Positions 18,222-28,340 of a DNA stretch of 42,743 nucleotides are shown here, one piece after another (the first letter of the stretch is position 1; each line of letters opens with the position of its first letter). The notes beneath the pieces were generated by a model. It was not told the DNA's origin. It did not search any database and saw only the letters and a list, made by a program, of their open reading frames with translations. The DNA is taken from sequence record SRR20825006_219. One strand, 5' to 3'. The position numbers and the translations under genes are program-made.

Positions 18222-19361
18222 TTACAGCTTAACTTTGCTGAAATGCCTACTTAAGATAGTATCTATTTTTTCAATTATCAGAGGAATATTCGATTCATCA
18301 ATTCCCTTACCTAACGATAATCGAACAAACTCTCTAGCCTCCTGAACCGACTTGCCCATAGCAAGCATCGTGGTATTGGGTTTATCTAACCCAGCTTGGC
18401 AAGCACTTCCAGTGGAAATGCCCAAGCCTGCCTGAGTGCATTCGAGCATCAAAAATTGTCCTTCAATACCAGGAAAACGTAATCCTAAAATATTTGAGAG
18501 TTTGTAATCTGCAATTCCTTCATCAACAAACGTCCAGCCAGCGGCACTAATTCCTTCCAACAAAACCGCTCTTAGACTAGCTAATCTATCATTTTCTTCA
18601 TTTTTTTCAGTAAACAACCCTTTTGCGGCAGCTGCAAAAGCTGCTATACCTGGAACATTTTGAGTACCTGCCCTCAAACCTCTTTCTTGGGTTGTTCCAT
18701 TAATCTCAGGTTTCCATTCTTTGTTTTTTTTGATGAAAACAGCACCTACACCTTTGGGGCCATACACTTTATGTGCCGAAACAGTTATTGCATCTGCCCA
18801 ATTAGCTAACACATCAATTTTGCAAAAACTCTGCACACAATCTGAATGCAAAAAGATGTTACGTGCTTTCAATAGTGCGCCAATTACTTCAAGATCTTGG
18901 ATTACACCTGTTTCTGAATTTACATGCTGAATGGATGCCAGCACAGTATCTTCACGCAGTGATTCTTCCAATTCCTCTAGTGAGATTCTACCCTCGCTGT
19001 CAACATCTAATCGGGTAACATCGTAGCCATATTCTTCTAAATGATTAAAGAAATTCCGCACACTTGAATGCTCAACCGTTGTGGTGATTACATGTCGTCC
19101 ATCTACATCAGAAGCACTTAGTAATGCCTCTAGAGCTAATCTATTCCCATCAGAACCGCCGCCCGTAAAATAGATTTCGTTAGCTTCGGCACTAAATAAT
19201 TTTGCGACAGTGGCTCTACTCGCCTCTAAAATTTGTTTGGCTTCGCTACCAGCATCGTGTAAGCTGCTTGGGTTTCCGAAATACTGTGAAGCAACCTTCG
19301 TATAAACAGCAATTGCAGTCTCACTCATAGGTGTGGTGGCAGCGTAATCTAGGTATATCAT
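18222..19361 (-). CDS. nifS: IscS/NifS-type cysteine desulfurase
   Basis: IYLDYAATTP, GNPSSLH, SAHKVYGPKG (PLP Lys), GTQNV and STGSAC motifs. Confidence 0.93.
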   Translation of the reverse strand: MIYLDYAATTPMSETAIAVYTKVASQYFGNPSSLHDAGSEAKQILEASRATVAKLFSAEANEIYFTGGGSDGNRLALEALLSASDVDGRHVITTTVEHSSVRNFFNHLEEYGYDVTRLDVDSEGRISLEELEESLREDTVLASIQHVNSETGVIQDLEVIGALLKARNIFLHSDCVQSFCKIDVLANWADAITVSAHKVYGPKGVGAVFIKKNKEWKPEINGTTQERGLRAGTQNVPGIAAFAAAAKGLFTEKNEENDRLASLRAVLLEGISAAGWTFVDEGIADYKLSNILGLRFPGIEGQFLMLECTQAGLGISTGSACQAGLDKPNTTMLAMGKSVQEAREFVRLSLGKGIDESNIPLIIEKIDTILSRHFSKVKL

Positions 19362-19438
19362 CAGTATCGTTCTTTAAAAAGAAATGGTGTATCTTTAGTA
19401 TTGTTTTAAAATAGCCAAAATATTACGGCCTTCACATT

Positions 19439-20275
19439 ATGCATTCTATTTATCTTTTAGAAATTTTGAAGCAAGCCTTTTCCGAAGATTTAGGGATGGG
19501 CGACCTTACTTCAAACTCCATTTTTAGCGACACTGATTTTGCCCATGGAAGTTTTACTGCAAAAGCTGATGGCATTTTGGCTGGACTTTCCGTTTTAGAA
19601 CTTGCTTACCCTCTTTTAAGTGATGATGTTTCTATTTTCCCTTACAAGAAGGATGGCGATTTTGTAGCAAAAGGACAGGTAATTGCTGAAGTTGAAGGAC
19701 CTGTTCGAGCACTTTTAAGTGGCGAGCGTGTTATTCTGAATTTATTGCAGCACGCAAGTGGTATTGCTACTGCAACGGCCGATGTTATTGAACGGCTTAA
19801 CGATTCTTCCATCACCATTACAGATACTCGTAAAACTCTTCCCGGTTTGCGAGCGCTCCAGAAATATGCAGTGCGCTGTGGTGGTGGACAAAATCATCGT
19901 TTTAGGTTAGATGATGGCGTAATGATTAAAGACAATCACATTAAAGCTGCGGGAAGTATCACCAAAGCTGTTGAAATGGCTCGGGCAAATATTGGCCACA
20001 TGGTGAAGATAGAAGTGGAAACGGAATCCAAAGAGCAAGTGTTGGAAGCTGTTGAAGCCAAAGCCGATGTAATTATGCTTGATAACCGTACTCCCGAAGA
20101 AGTAAAAGTACTCACCACTTTAATACCTGACACTATCATTAGCGAAGTTTCAGGTGGAATTACCCCCGATAATATTGCAAGCTACCGAGGTTGTGGTGCC
20201 AATGTGATATCGCTGGGCTGGCTCACACATTCTGTTAAAGCTTTAGACATCAGCTTTAACCTTGTTAACAACTAG
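19439..20275 (+). CDS. nadC: carboxylating nicotinate-nucleotide diphosphorylase
   Basis: ERVILN, DTRKT, HRFRLDD, IKDNH, EVE, IMLDN and SGGI motifs. Confidence 0.96.
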   Translation: MHSIYLLEILKQAFSEDLGMGDLTSNSIFSDTDFAHGSFTAKADGILAGLSVLELAYPLLSDDVSIFPYKKDGDFVAKGQVIAEVEGPVRALLSGERVILNLLQHASGIATATADVIERLNDSSITITDTRKTLPGLRALQKYAVRCGGGQNHRFRLDDGVMIKDNHIKAAGSITKAVEMARANIGHMVKIEVETESKEQVLEAVEAKADVIMLDNRTPEEVKVLTTLIPDTIISEVSGGITPDNIASYRGCGANVISLGWLTHSVKALDISFNLVNN

Positions 20276-20355
20276 AATTGTGAGCTCCATTATCTATCAA
20301 AGAATCTCTTTTCCCTTAATGCTCTCTTTAACTGTTTAGCTTTAAACAAACTATT

Positions 20356-21465
20356 ATGGACGTTTTAGACATTTTAGAAATCGAATCAGAAGTTTCACTT
20401 CCTAAACGATACAGCCAACTTTCGGTTGAGGAAATGGAAACTCGCGTGCGCGAAATAAAAGCCAAATTTGGTTCAAGGCTTTTTATTCCTGGCCACCATT
20501 ACCAAAAAGATGAAGTTATTCAGTTTGCAGATGCTCGTGGCGATTCTTTGAAGCTTGCTCAGATCTGTTCTGAAATGCCAGAAGCTGAGTTTATCGCTTT
20601 TTGCGGAGTGCATTTTATGGCCGAAACAGCTGATATGCTCACCAAACCAAATCAAAAAGTTCTTTTACCTGATTTACGTGCTGGTTGTTCTATGGCTGAT
20701 ATGGCCGACTTAGAACAAACCGAAAAAGGTTGGGAGCAAATGGCTTCTATTTGGGGAGATACTATTATTCCTCTTACTTATGTGAATTCTACAGCCGCAA
20801 TAAAAGGTTTTGTTGGTAAAAATGGTGGTGCTTGTGTTACCTCTGGTAATGCTCGCAAAATGCTAGAATGGGCTTTCACACAAAAAGAACGCATTTTATT
20901 TCTACCCGATCAGCATTTAGGGCGTAATACCGCTGTTGAGTTAGGCGTTCAACTAAACGAAATGGCTGTTTATGATCCACATGCACAAGCTTTTGAGTAC
21001 GAAGGCGATTTTGAAGATGTGAAAGTTATTCTATGGAAAGGACATTGCTCCGTTCATGAGAAATTCAATGTTCAGCATATCGAAAATCTTAAAAAGAAAG
21101 ATTCTGAGATTAACATCATTGTTCATCCAGAGTGTACTTACGAAGTTGTACAAGCTTCAGATTACGCTGGTTCCACTAATTTCATTATTACCACTATTGA
21201 AAACTCACCTGCAGGGAGCAAGTGGGCTATAGGAACAGAAATGAATCTTGTGAATCGTATTATTGATGAAAATCCTGATAAGGAAATCGTTTCGTTAAAC
21301 CCATTTATGTGCCCATGTTTAACTATGAACAGAATTGATTTACCACACTTGCTTTGGAGCCTCGAAAAGCTAGAAGCAGGAGAGGTTGTTAATCAAATTT
21401 CTGTACCTCAAGAAGTAGCTCAATATGCAATTCTCTCATTAGAAAGAATGTTAGAACGGAGTTGA
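20356..21465 (+). CDS. nadA: quinolinate synthase
   Basis: [34 protein letters not shown] and CPCLTMN motifs. Confidence 0.96.
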   Translation: MDVLDILEIESEVSLPKRYSQLSVEEMETRVREIKAKFGSRLFIPGHHYQKDEVIQFADARGDSLKLAQICSEMPEAEFIAFCGVHFMAETADMLTKPNQKVLLPDLRAGCSMADMADLEQTEKGWEQMASIWGDTIIPLTYVNSTAAIKGFVGKNGGACVTSGNARKMLEWAFTQKERILFLPDQHLGRNTAVELGVQLNEMAVYDPHAQAFEYEGDFEDVKVILWKGHCSVHEKFNVQHIENLKKKDSEINIIVHPECTYEVVQASDYAGSTNFIITTIENSPAGSKWAIGTEMNLVNRIIDENPDKEIVSLNPFMCPCLTMNRIDLPHLLWSLEKLEAGEVVNQISVPQEVAQYAILSLERMLERS

Positions 21466-21713
21466 GGAAACTTTTTGGCATATTCTTTTTCCTTATAAGC
21501 ACTCTGTTTGGTTTCATCTTTATTTTTTCGCTCCGCGGAACAATTAAAGCTTTAACAATTTTCATTGCTACCGGAATAAACTATGACTCTTCTGCGAGCA
21601 TCATTCTAACATTGATGTTTCAAATCATACCAGGTCTTTTGGGATTCTTCTTTTTTAAACTCGGGAAAGCTTTATTCGAGCTATCAAAATTTGATACTCT
21701 AGATCAGGATTAA
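21462..21713 (+). CDS. small two-TM hypothetical membrane protein
   Basis: TTG start overlaps the nadA TGA (TTGA). Two hydrophobic segments. Confidence 0.55.
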   Translation: MRKLFGIFFFLISTLFGFIFIFSLRGTIKALTIFIATGINYDSSASIILTLMFQIIPGLLGFFFFKLGKALFELSKFDTLDQD

Positions 21714-21865
21714 CAATTCTTTTTACTAAGCAGTGAGTTTATTTTAGTTAAACTTGGTACCTCCGATGAGCTAATTAGCATATATTTAGCAAACCTTGTT
21801 TCTATTCTTATTATTTCGATATTGCTCAATGGTTAATTCATCATTTTTTTAAGGAATAAGCGAGC

Positions 21866-23560
21866 ATGAATAATACGTGGTGGAAAGAAAGTGTGGTGTA
21901 TCAGATTTATCCACGGAGTTTTTACGATAGCAATGGCGATGGCATTGGCGACTTGCAGGGCATCATCAAAAAGCTAGATTATTTAAAAGAACTTGGTGTT
22001 GATGTAATTTGGCTTTCTCCAGTTTATAAATCTCCTAACGACGATAACGGATACGACATTAGCAGTTACCAAGAGATAATGCCCGAGTTTGGTACCATGG
22101 TCGATTGGGAAGAATTACTTACTGAGATGCATAAGCGAGACATCAAATTGGTAATGGATTTGGTGGTTAATCACACTTCCGACGAACACGATTGGTTCAA
22201 AAAATCTCGAACCTCAAAAACCAATCCTTATCGCGATTATTACACATGGAAACCGCCTAAAAATGGCAAAGAACCTAACAATTGGAGTTCTTTCTTTGGA
22301 GGATCTGCTTGGCAATTCGACGAACAAACTGGAGAATATTATCTCCATCTTTTTTCTAAGAAACAGCCTGATTTGAATTGGGAAAATCCTACGCTTCGTT
22401 CCGAAATTTATGATATGATGCATTGGTGGCTCAAAAAAGGAGTGGATGGTTTTCGGATGGATGTTATTAACATGATTTCTAAAAACCCAAGTTTCTCTGA
22501 TGCTCCATTAGCAAATAACGATACGTATCAGTTTGGTGGCAAATACTTCATTAATGGCCCACGACTTTTAGAATTTTTAGCTGAAATGAAACGAGAAGTG
22601 CTTTCCAAGTACGATATACTAACTGTGGGCGAAACACCATTAGTTACACCCAAAGAAGGCATTGAAATTACAAACGAAGACACTGGCAGTCTTAACATGT
22701 TATTCCAATTTGAACATGTAGATTTGGATGCTGACCTACGTGGGGAAATACCTTCAAAATCTTCTAAAACATGGCAATTAGCTGACTTAAAACAGATTAT
22801 GAGCCGTTGGCAAATAGACTTGGATAACAACGGATGGAATAGCATTTATCTCAATAATCATGATCAACCGCGTTCTGTTTCTAGATTTGGTAACGATGAA
22901 TTGTATCGAGTTGAATCCGCTAAAATGTTGGCTACTTTCACGCACTTAATGCAAGGCACACCATTTATTTACCAAGGCGAAGAAATTGGAATGACGAATG
23001 TTTCCTTTGACTCTATCGAGGATTACAGAGACATCGACACACTTAATAAATACCAAAATTTAATTCAAATTAAAGGTCTAGCCCCTGATGAGGCGCTTAG
23101 TTTACTCAAAGCCAAAAGTAGAGATAATGCTAGAACCCCAATACAATGGAATGCAACTAAGAATGGTGGCTTCACTAGCGGAAACCCGTGGATAAAGATT
23201 AATCCAAATTACACACGTATTAACGTCGAACAAGCTCAAAACGACTCCAATTCTATCTTTTACTATTATCAGAAGCTGATAGAACTACGTAAAAAGCACC
23301 CTGTTTTTGTATACGGAACTTATGAGATTATTTTGGAAGAACATCCACGAATTTATGCTTTTACCCGCACTTTGGATGACATAAAGCTACTCATCATTCT
23401 AAACTTTAGTGATACTACTCCCAATTTTGCTTTACCTAAAGAGATACAATTTCATCATACTGAGCTTTTGATTTCAAATTACGATGTACCAACAACTCGC
23501 AACCTCTCTCAATTTGAGCTACAACCATATGAGGCTCTTGTTTATCGGTTGATTAATTAA
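21866..23560 (+). CDS. malL: GH13 oligo-1,6-glucosidase/alpha-glucosidase (MalL-like), cytoplasmic
   Basis: WWKESVVYQIYPRSF, DLVVNHTSDEH, QPDLN, GFRMDVIN, VGE, NHDQ and SRDNARTP motifs. Confidence 0.88.
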   Translation: MNNTWWKESVVYQIYPRSFYDSNGDGIGDLQGIIKKLDYLKELGVDVIWLSPVYKSPNDDNGYDISSYQEIMPEFGTMVDWEELLTEMHKRDIKLVMDLVVNHTSDEHDWFKKSRTSKTNPYRDYYTWKPPKNGKEPNNWSSFFGGSAWQFDEQTGEYYLHLFSKKQPDLNWENPTLRSEIYDMMHWWLKKGVDGFRMDVINMISKNPSFSDAPLANNDTYQFGGKYFINGPRLLEFLAEMKREVLSKYDILTVGETPLVTPKEGIEITNEDTGSLNMLFQFEHVDLDADLRGEIPSKSSKTWQLADLKQIMSRWQIDLDNNGWNSIYLNNHDQPRSVSRFGNDELYRVESAKMLATFTHLMQGTPFIYQGEEIGMTNVSFDSIEDYRDIDTLNKYQNLIQIKGLAPDEALSLLKAKSRDNARTPIQWNATKNGGFTSGNPWIKINPNYTRINVEQAQNDSNSIFYYYQKLIELRKKHPVFVYGTYEIILEEHPRIYAFTRTLDDIKLLIILNFSDTTPNFALPKEIQFHHTELLISNYDVPTTRNLSQFELQPYEALVYRLIN

Positions 23561-23592
23561 AACGCTCTCTCTTCGTTCAATTCACAGTTATT

Positions 23593-24528
23593 ATGAAATA
23601 CCTAGCATTACTTTTTTCTGCACTTCTTTTTATCTCTTGTCAAACAGGTCAAACTAAAACAGACATCAAATCCCCAAGGTTTGAACTAATTGTTTTAGGA
23701 ATTGCTCAAGATGCTGGATTTCCTCAAGCCGGCTGTACCAAAGAACAATGCCAATTATATTGGTCGGGAAATGAAGAGAAACGTAGTCCTGTTAGTTTGG
23801 GCTTAGTTGATAATGAAACTCATCAATCATGGATGTTTGAAGCCACTCCCGATTTTAAAGATCAGCTTCATCATTTATCCACCACAACCCAAGCTGAATT
23901 AAAAGGCATATTTCTCACACATGCACACATGGGACATTACACTGGGCTTATGCATTTGGGAAGAGAAGTTATGGGCGCTTCAAAAATGCCTGTGTATGCA
24001 ATGCCTAAAATGGCAAACTATTTATCTGACAATGGCCCTTGGAGCCAGTTACTCTCCTTAAAAAATATAGCAATTAAACCACTTCAAGCAGACTCCTCCA
24101 TTCATCTTTCGCCAGAACTTTCAGTAACTCCATTTTTGGTTCCACATCGTGATGAATTTTCTGAAACGGTTGGATTTAAAATCAATGCGCCGGGAAAGAG
24201 CATCTTATTTATCCCCGACATTAATAAATGGAATATATGGGCGCGAAGCATCACCGATGAAATTGCCAAAGTTGATATCGCTTTTATAGATGGAACCTTC
24301 TATGATGCAGATGAACTTCCAGGACGAGATATGAACGAAATTCCACATCCATTTATAGAAGAAAGTATAGAGCTATTCAAAAATCTACCTGAATCAGAAA
24401 AAGCCAAAATCACCTTTATACACTTCAATCACACTAACCCTTTACTTCTCAATACACCTGAGCGCGCCCTTGTTGAACAACAAGGCTTTAACGTTGCTAG
24501 CCAAGGTCAGACTATTTCTTTAGACTAA
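23593..24528 (+). CDS. MBL-fold metallo-hydrolase, PqqB-like, probable lipoprotein
   Basis: LGIAQDAGFPQAGC, THAHMGHYTG, VPHRDE, DGTF, IPHP and HFNHTNP motifs with N-terminal ISC lipobox-like site. Confidence 0.8.
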   Translation: MKYLALLFSALLFISCQTGQTKTDIKSPRFELIVLGIAQDAGFPQAGCTKEQCQLYWSGNEEKRSPVSLGLVDNETHQSWMFEATPDFKDQLHHLSTTTQAELKGIFLTHAHMGHYTGLMHLGREVMGASKMPVYAMPKMANYLSDNGPWSQLLSLKNIAIKPLQADSSIHLSPELSVTPFLVPHRDEFSETVGFKINAPGKSILFIPDINKWNIWARSITDEIAKVDIAFIDGTFYDADELPGRDMNEIPHPFIEESIELFKNLPESEKAKITFIHFNHTNPLLLNTPERALVEQQGFNVASQGQTISLD

Positions 24529-24630
24529 CTCTAATCTATTCTCCCATTTTATATTTACCTACATATTCAGTACTCTTTAGGCGCGATTACTCATCGATTT
24601 ACAAACACTAATATATATTTCTCATTCATC

Positions 24631-25299
24631 ATGAAACGCTTAAATACAAATTTTCTAAAAGCCACGCTTTTATTCGTTTTGATTGCCAGTAGCAATCTAT
24701 TTGCTCAAGACCCAACTCGATTTCAAAACGAAATTGACGCTTTAAATGCCACTGAATTTAAAATAGACAGCAAAAAAGAAGTGGTAGTTTTCACAGGAAG
24801 CTCAAGCGTTAGAATGTGGAAGCATGTGCAAGAAGATTTCCCTTTTGTGAATGCTATTAACACGGGATTTGGTGGCTCAGCAATGACCGATTTACAATAC
24901 TACTTGAACGATTTAGTATTTAAATACAACCCTGATAAAGTGTTTATCTATGAAGGAGACAACGATATTTCAGGATCTATTGCCCCAGAAGCAGTCATCA
25001 AAACAACCAAAGAAGTTGTAGCTTCTATTAAGGCGAAGTTGCCAAATGCTCAGATCTACCTCATCTCTGCTAAACCAAGCATTCTACGCTGGAGTTTTGA
25101 AAAACAATACATGGCACTTAATAAGCTTTTTGAAGAATACAGCGCCGAAACCGAAGGTGTTACTTTTGTCGATGTTTGGAACCCAATGCTGAATAAAGAA
25201 GGCACTCCTTTTGATGATATTTTCCTATCAGACAACCTCCACATGAACAAAAAAGGTTACGTGATTTGGGCTAAAGTTGTAGGAAAGTACTTACGATAG
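24631..25299 (+). CDS. SGNH/GDSL-type esterase, secreted
   Basis: Signal peptide, FTGSSS, GFGGS, YEGDND and DNLH motifs. Confidence 0.88.
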   Translation: MKRLNTNFLKATLLFVLIASSNLFAQDPTRFQNEIDALNATEFKIDSKKEVVVFTGSSSVRMWKHVQEDFPFVNAINTGFGGSAMTDLQYYLNDLVFKYNPDKVFIYEGDNDISGSIAPEAVIKTTKEVVASIKAKLPNAQIYLISAKPSILRWSFEKQYMALNKLFEEYSAETEGVTFVDVWNPMLNKEGTPFDDIFLSDNLHMNKKGYVIWAKVVGKYLR

Positions 25300-25321
25300 T
25301 TTCTCACTTTTATCTCTATTT

Positions 25322-25360
25322 AAAAGCTAGCAAACTGAACAAGTTTAACTAGCTTTTTTT
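25322..25360 (+). terminator. intrinsic terminator after the GDSL gene
   Basis: AAAAGCTAG...CTAGCTTTT stem followed by a T tract. Confidence 0.7.
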
Positions 25361-25427
25361 ATGCACATCAGTCCAAGGTTATAACTCATTATGCAGCCTT
25401 TAGAGCCGATAATATTAATCTTTCCTA

Positions 25428-25447
25428 AAATGAATGAACATTCATTT
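25428..25447. promoter_or_regulatory. palindromic operator candidate 1 (TetR)
   Basis: Perfect 9-2-9 inverted repeat AAATGAATG-AA-CATTCATTT upstream of tetR. Confidence 0.72.
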
Positions 25448-25503
25448 ATAATATGTATATTAGAGACATACACATTTGACCATCAATTAATTCGGAGATA
25501 ATC

Positions 25504-26076
25504 ATGCGTGTAAAAAGTTCGGAAAAACGAATAGCTCTTTTAGAAGCCACTTTAAACCTTATCAACAATAATGGTTTTCATGCTGCGCCAATGTCTAAAA
25601 TTGCCAAACTAGCTGGTGTTTCGCCAGCTACCATTTATCTCTACTTTGCAAACAAGCAAGATATGGTTAACCAACTTTACTTGGAAGTTAAAGCTTCTTT
25701 TAGTGAGCACGCTTTCAAGAACTATAGTCCAAGCTTTCCAGTTAAAGAAGGCTTTGAAATCATTTGGCGAAATATTGCCGATTACAAATTGCATCAAGTT
25801 GAAGAAGCTTATTTTTTATCGCAGTGTGATAACACTCCAATGATCGACGAAGAAAGCCGACAAATAGGACTTATCCATTTGCAACCGCTACTCAACTTAT
25901 GGGAACGTGGACAAAAGGACGGAATTATTAAACCAATCTCTCCATATTTACTGTACGCATATACCATTTATCCTCTGGCTTTTTTGATGACCAGCCAAAA
26001 ATCGGCTCATTATCAATTAGATAATACAACTCTCACTCATGCATTCAGTGCAGCTTGGGATAGTATCAAACTCTAA
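25504..26076 (+). CDS. TetR/AcrR family transcriptional regulator
   Basis: GFHAAPMSKIAKLAGVSPATIYLYFANK helix-turn-helix. Confidence 0.93.
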   Translation: MRVKSSEKRIALLEATLNLINNNGFHAAPMSKIAKLAGVSPATIYLYFANKQDMVNQLYLEVKASFSEHAFKNYSPSFPVKEGFEIIWRNIADYKLHQVEEAYFLSQCDNTPMIDEESRQIGLIHLQPLLNLWERGQKDGIIKPISPYLLYAYTIYPLAFLMTSQKSAHYQLDNTTLTHAFSAAWDSIKL

Positions 26077-26091
26077 AATTTTTTATTCCTA

Positions 26092-26111
26092 AAAAGAATG
26101 AACGTTTATTT
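26092..26111. promoter_or_regulatory. operator candidate 2 (degenerate copy)
   Basis: AAAAGAATG-AA-CGTTTATTT. Positions 26086-26111 match 25422-25447 at 23 of 26 bases. Confidence 0.65.
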
Positions 26112-26132
26112 TTAATTTAAGATTACACTATC

Positions 26133-27128
26133 ATGAATAGAACTATATTATTACAACAAAGACCTATCGGCAAACCAGAAGTATCTAATTTTAAGTTTGT
26201 TGAAGAAGAAAAACCATCTATTAAAGATGGACAAATATTATTAAAACTAACTTTCGTATCGGTAGATCCATATTTACGAGGACGAATGAGCGATGCTAAA
26301 TCCTACATCCCACCATTCGAGTTAAACAAGCCTGTTGCCTCTGGAAGTGTTGCAGAAGTGATAGAATCAAAACATCTAGACTTCGCACAAGGAGACTTCG
26401 TTTCAGGAATGCTTGCTTGGCAAGAATATCAAGTTTCTAACGGAGCGGGCTTACTTAAAGTTGACGCCAAACAAGCGCCATTATCTGCTTACTTGGGCAT
26501 TCTAGGAATGACTGGACTTACCGCACAACTAGGCTTACAAGAAATCGGAAAACCAAAAAGCGGAGAAACTTTAGTTGTTTCTGGTGCAGCAGGTGCTGTA
26601 GGAAGTGTTGTTGGTCAGATTGGAAAACTTCTCGGATTACGTGTAGTTGGTATTGCAGGTAGTGACGAAAAAACGGAACTATTAACTTCCAAATTAGGCT
26701 TTGACGCCGCTATCAACTACAACACAACTACCAATATGACTGAAACCATTGCGAAAGCAGCTCCTAACGGAGTAGACATCTACTTTGATAATGTTGGTGG
26801 CGAGATTTCAGATGGTGTACATGCCAACATCAACAAATTCGCTCGTATTATTATCTGTGGCGCAATTTCGCTGTACAATGCCACATCTTTACCAATGGGA
26901 CCAAGAGTTGAGCCTCTTTTAGTAAAGAATAGTGCCTTGATGCAAGGTTTCATCATTGGCAACTACGCTGAAAAATTCCCTGAGGCAATTCAGCAGTTAG
27001 CAACTTGGTTACGCGAAGGAAAACTCACCAACTCAGAAACCATTGTTGAAGGTTTTGAAGCCATTCCGGAAGCATTTATTTCCCTTTTTGATGGAAAAAA
27101 TACCGGAAAAATGGTCGTCGAAATATAA
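26133..27128 (+). CDS. NADP-dependent oxidoreductase (CurA/YncB/PTGR-like MDR)
   Basis: SVDPYLRGRM, LGMTGLTA, VSGAAGAVGS, YFDNVGG and NTGK motifs. Confidence 0.92.
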   Translation: MNRTILLQQRPIGKPEVSNFKFVEEEKPSIKDGQILLKLTFVSVDPYLRGRMSDAKSYIPPFELNKPVASGSVAEVIESKHLDFAQGDFVSGMLAWQEYQVSNGAGLLKVDAKQAPLSAYLGILGMTGLTAQLGLQEIGKPKSGETLVVSGAAGAVGSVVGQIGKLLGLRVVGIAGSDEKTELLTSKLGFDAAINYNTTTNMTETIAKAAPNGVDIYFDNVGGEISDGVHANINKFARIIICGAISLYNATSLPMGPRVEPLLVKNSALMQGFIIGNYAEKFPEAIQQLATWLREGKLTNSETIVEGFEAIPEAFISLFDGKNTGKMVVEI

Positions 27129-27158
27129 TCCCCGATTTTAATTACAAGTTATTCTATT

Positions 27159-28319
27159 ATGAGAAATTTCGAATTTAAGAATCCAACAAAAATCCTTTTT
27201 GGCAAAGATCAGATTCAAAATCTTGCCAACGAAATCCCTAAAGATGCCAATATCCTCATGCTTTATGGTGGTGGCAGTATAAAGAAAAACGGTATCTACG
27301 ATCAAGTTACCGAAGCTCTAAAAGGATATACTGTTTCTGAATTTGGTGGTATTCCGCCAAACCCAGAATATGCTATCCTAATGGATGCTTTAGCAGTTAT
27401 AAAATCCAAAAACATTGATTTTCTACTTGCAGTGGGCGGTGGTTCCGTAATTGATGGCACCAAATTCCTTTCGGCGGCAGCGTTTTTTGAAGGAGATACT
27501 CCTTGGGACATCTTAGCCAATCACATTCCTACTACAAAAGGAATGCCTTTTGGCACCGTACTTACATTGCCAGCAACTGGTTCAGAAATGAACTCTGGCG
27601 CGGTTATTACCCGAGCCGAAACCAAAGAGAAATTTGGAATGGGTGGATCAGGGTTATTCCCAGTATTCTCCATTCTCGACCCTCAAGTTGTTAAGTCTAT
27701 TCCTCAGCGTCAACTTGCTAACGGAATCACTGATGCCTTTACACACGTACTAGAGCAATACATGACGTTCCCAGCTGGAGCAGCCTTACAAGACCGCTTT
27801 TCTGAAAGTGTTATGCAAACACTCATTGAAGTCGCTCCAAAAATTATGAAAGACCCTTCTGATTATGAAGCTGCTTCTAACTTTATGTGGAGTTGTACAA
27901 TGGCTCTTAATGGATTGCTACAGAAAGGTGTTCCTACCGATTGGGCTGTTCACGCTATTGGCCATGAGTTAACTGCTCTTTTTGGAATCGACCATGCACG
28001 AACTCTAGCAATCATTGCTCCAAGTCATTACACCTACAATTTTGAAGCTAAAAAAGAGAAATTAGCTCAATATGCTGAACGTGTTTGGGGCATGAACGAA
28101 GGTAGCGTTGATGAAAAAGCAAAAGCAGGAATTGAAAAAACTGTCGACTTTTTCCACAGTTTAGATATCAAAACTACGCTTTCGGAGTATACTAACGAAT
28201 ACGCTGGTACTGCCGAAGTAATTGCAAAACGCTTTGAAGAACGTGGCTGGAAAGGCTTAGGTGAACACAAAAACCTAACTCCCAACGATGTAGAGAAAAT
28301 TGTGGCAATGGCGTACTAA
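27159..28319 (+). CDS. iron-containing alcohol dehydrogenase (YqhD/BdhA-like, NADPH)
   Basis: NPTKILFG, YGGGSIK, GGGSVID, TLPATGSEMN and HAIGHE...HARTL motifs. Confidence 0.92.
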   Translation: MRNFEFKNPTKILFGKDQIQNLANEIPKDANILMLYGGGSIKKNGIYDQVTEALKGYTVSEFGGIPPNPEYAILMDALAVIKSKNIDFLLAVGGGSVIDGTKFLSAAAFFEGDTPWDILANHIPTTKGMPFGTVLTLPATGSEMNSGAVITRAETKEKFGMGGSGLFPVFSILDPQVVKSIPQRQLANGITDAFTHVLEQYMTFPAGAALQDRFSESVMQTLIEVAPKIMKDPSDYEAASNFMWSCTMALNGLLQKGVPTDWAVHAIGHELTALFGIDHARTLAIIAPSHYTYNFEAKKEKLAQYAERVWGMNEGSVDEKAKAGIEKTVDFFHSLDIKTTLSEYTNEYAGTAEVIAKRFEERGWKGLGEHKNLTPNDVEKIVAMAY

Positions 28320-28340
28320 ACAACGCTAAAACACTTTTAC

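Noticed and set aside
19362-19438. NiaR operator or nadB remnant between nifS and nadC
   Set aside because: The gap is only 77 nt, with no clear TGTC..GACA dyad and no coding remnant.
20276-20285. AATTGTGAGC, identical to a lac operator half-site
   Set aside because: The second half-site is absent and there is no vector or lac context, so it is probably chance.
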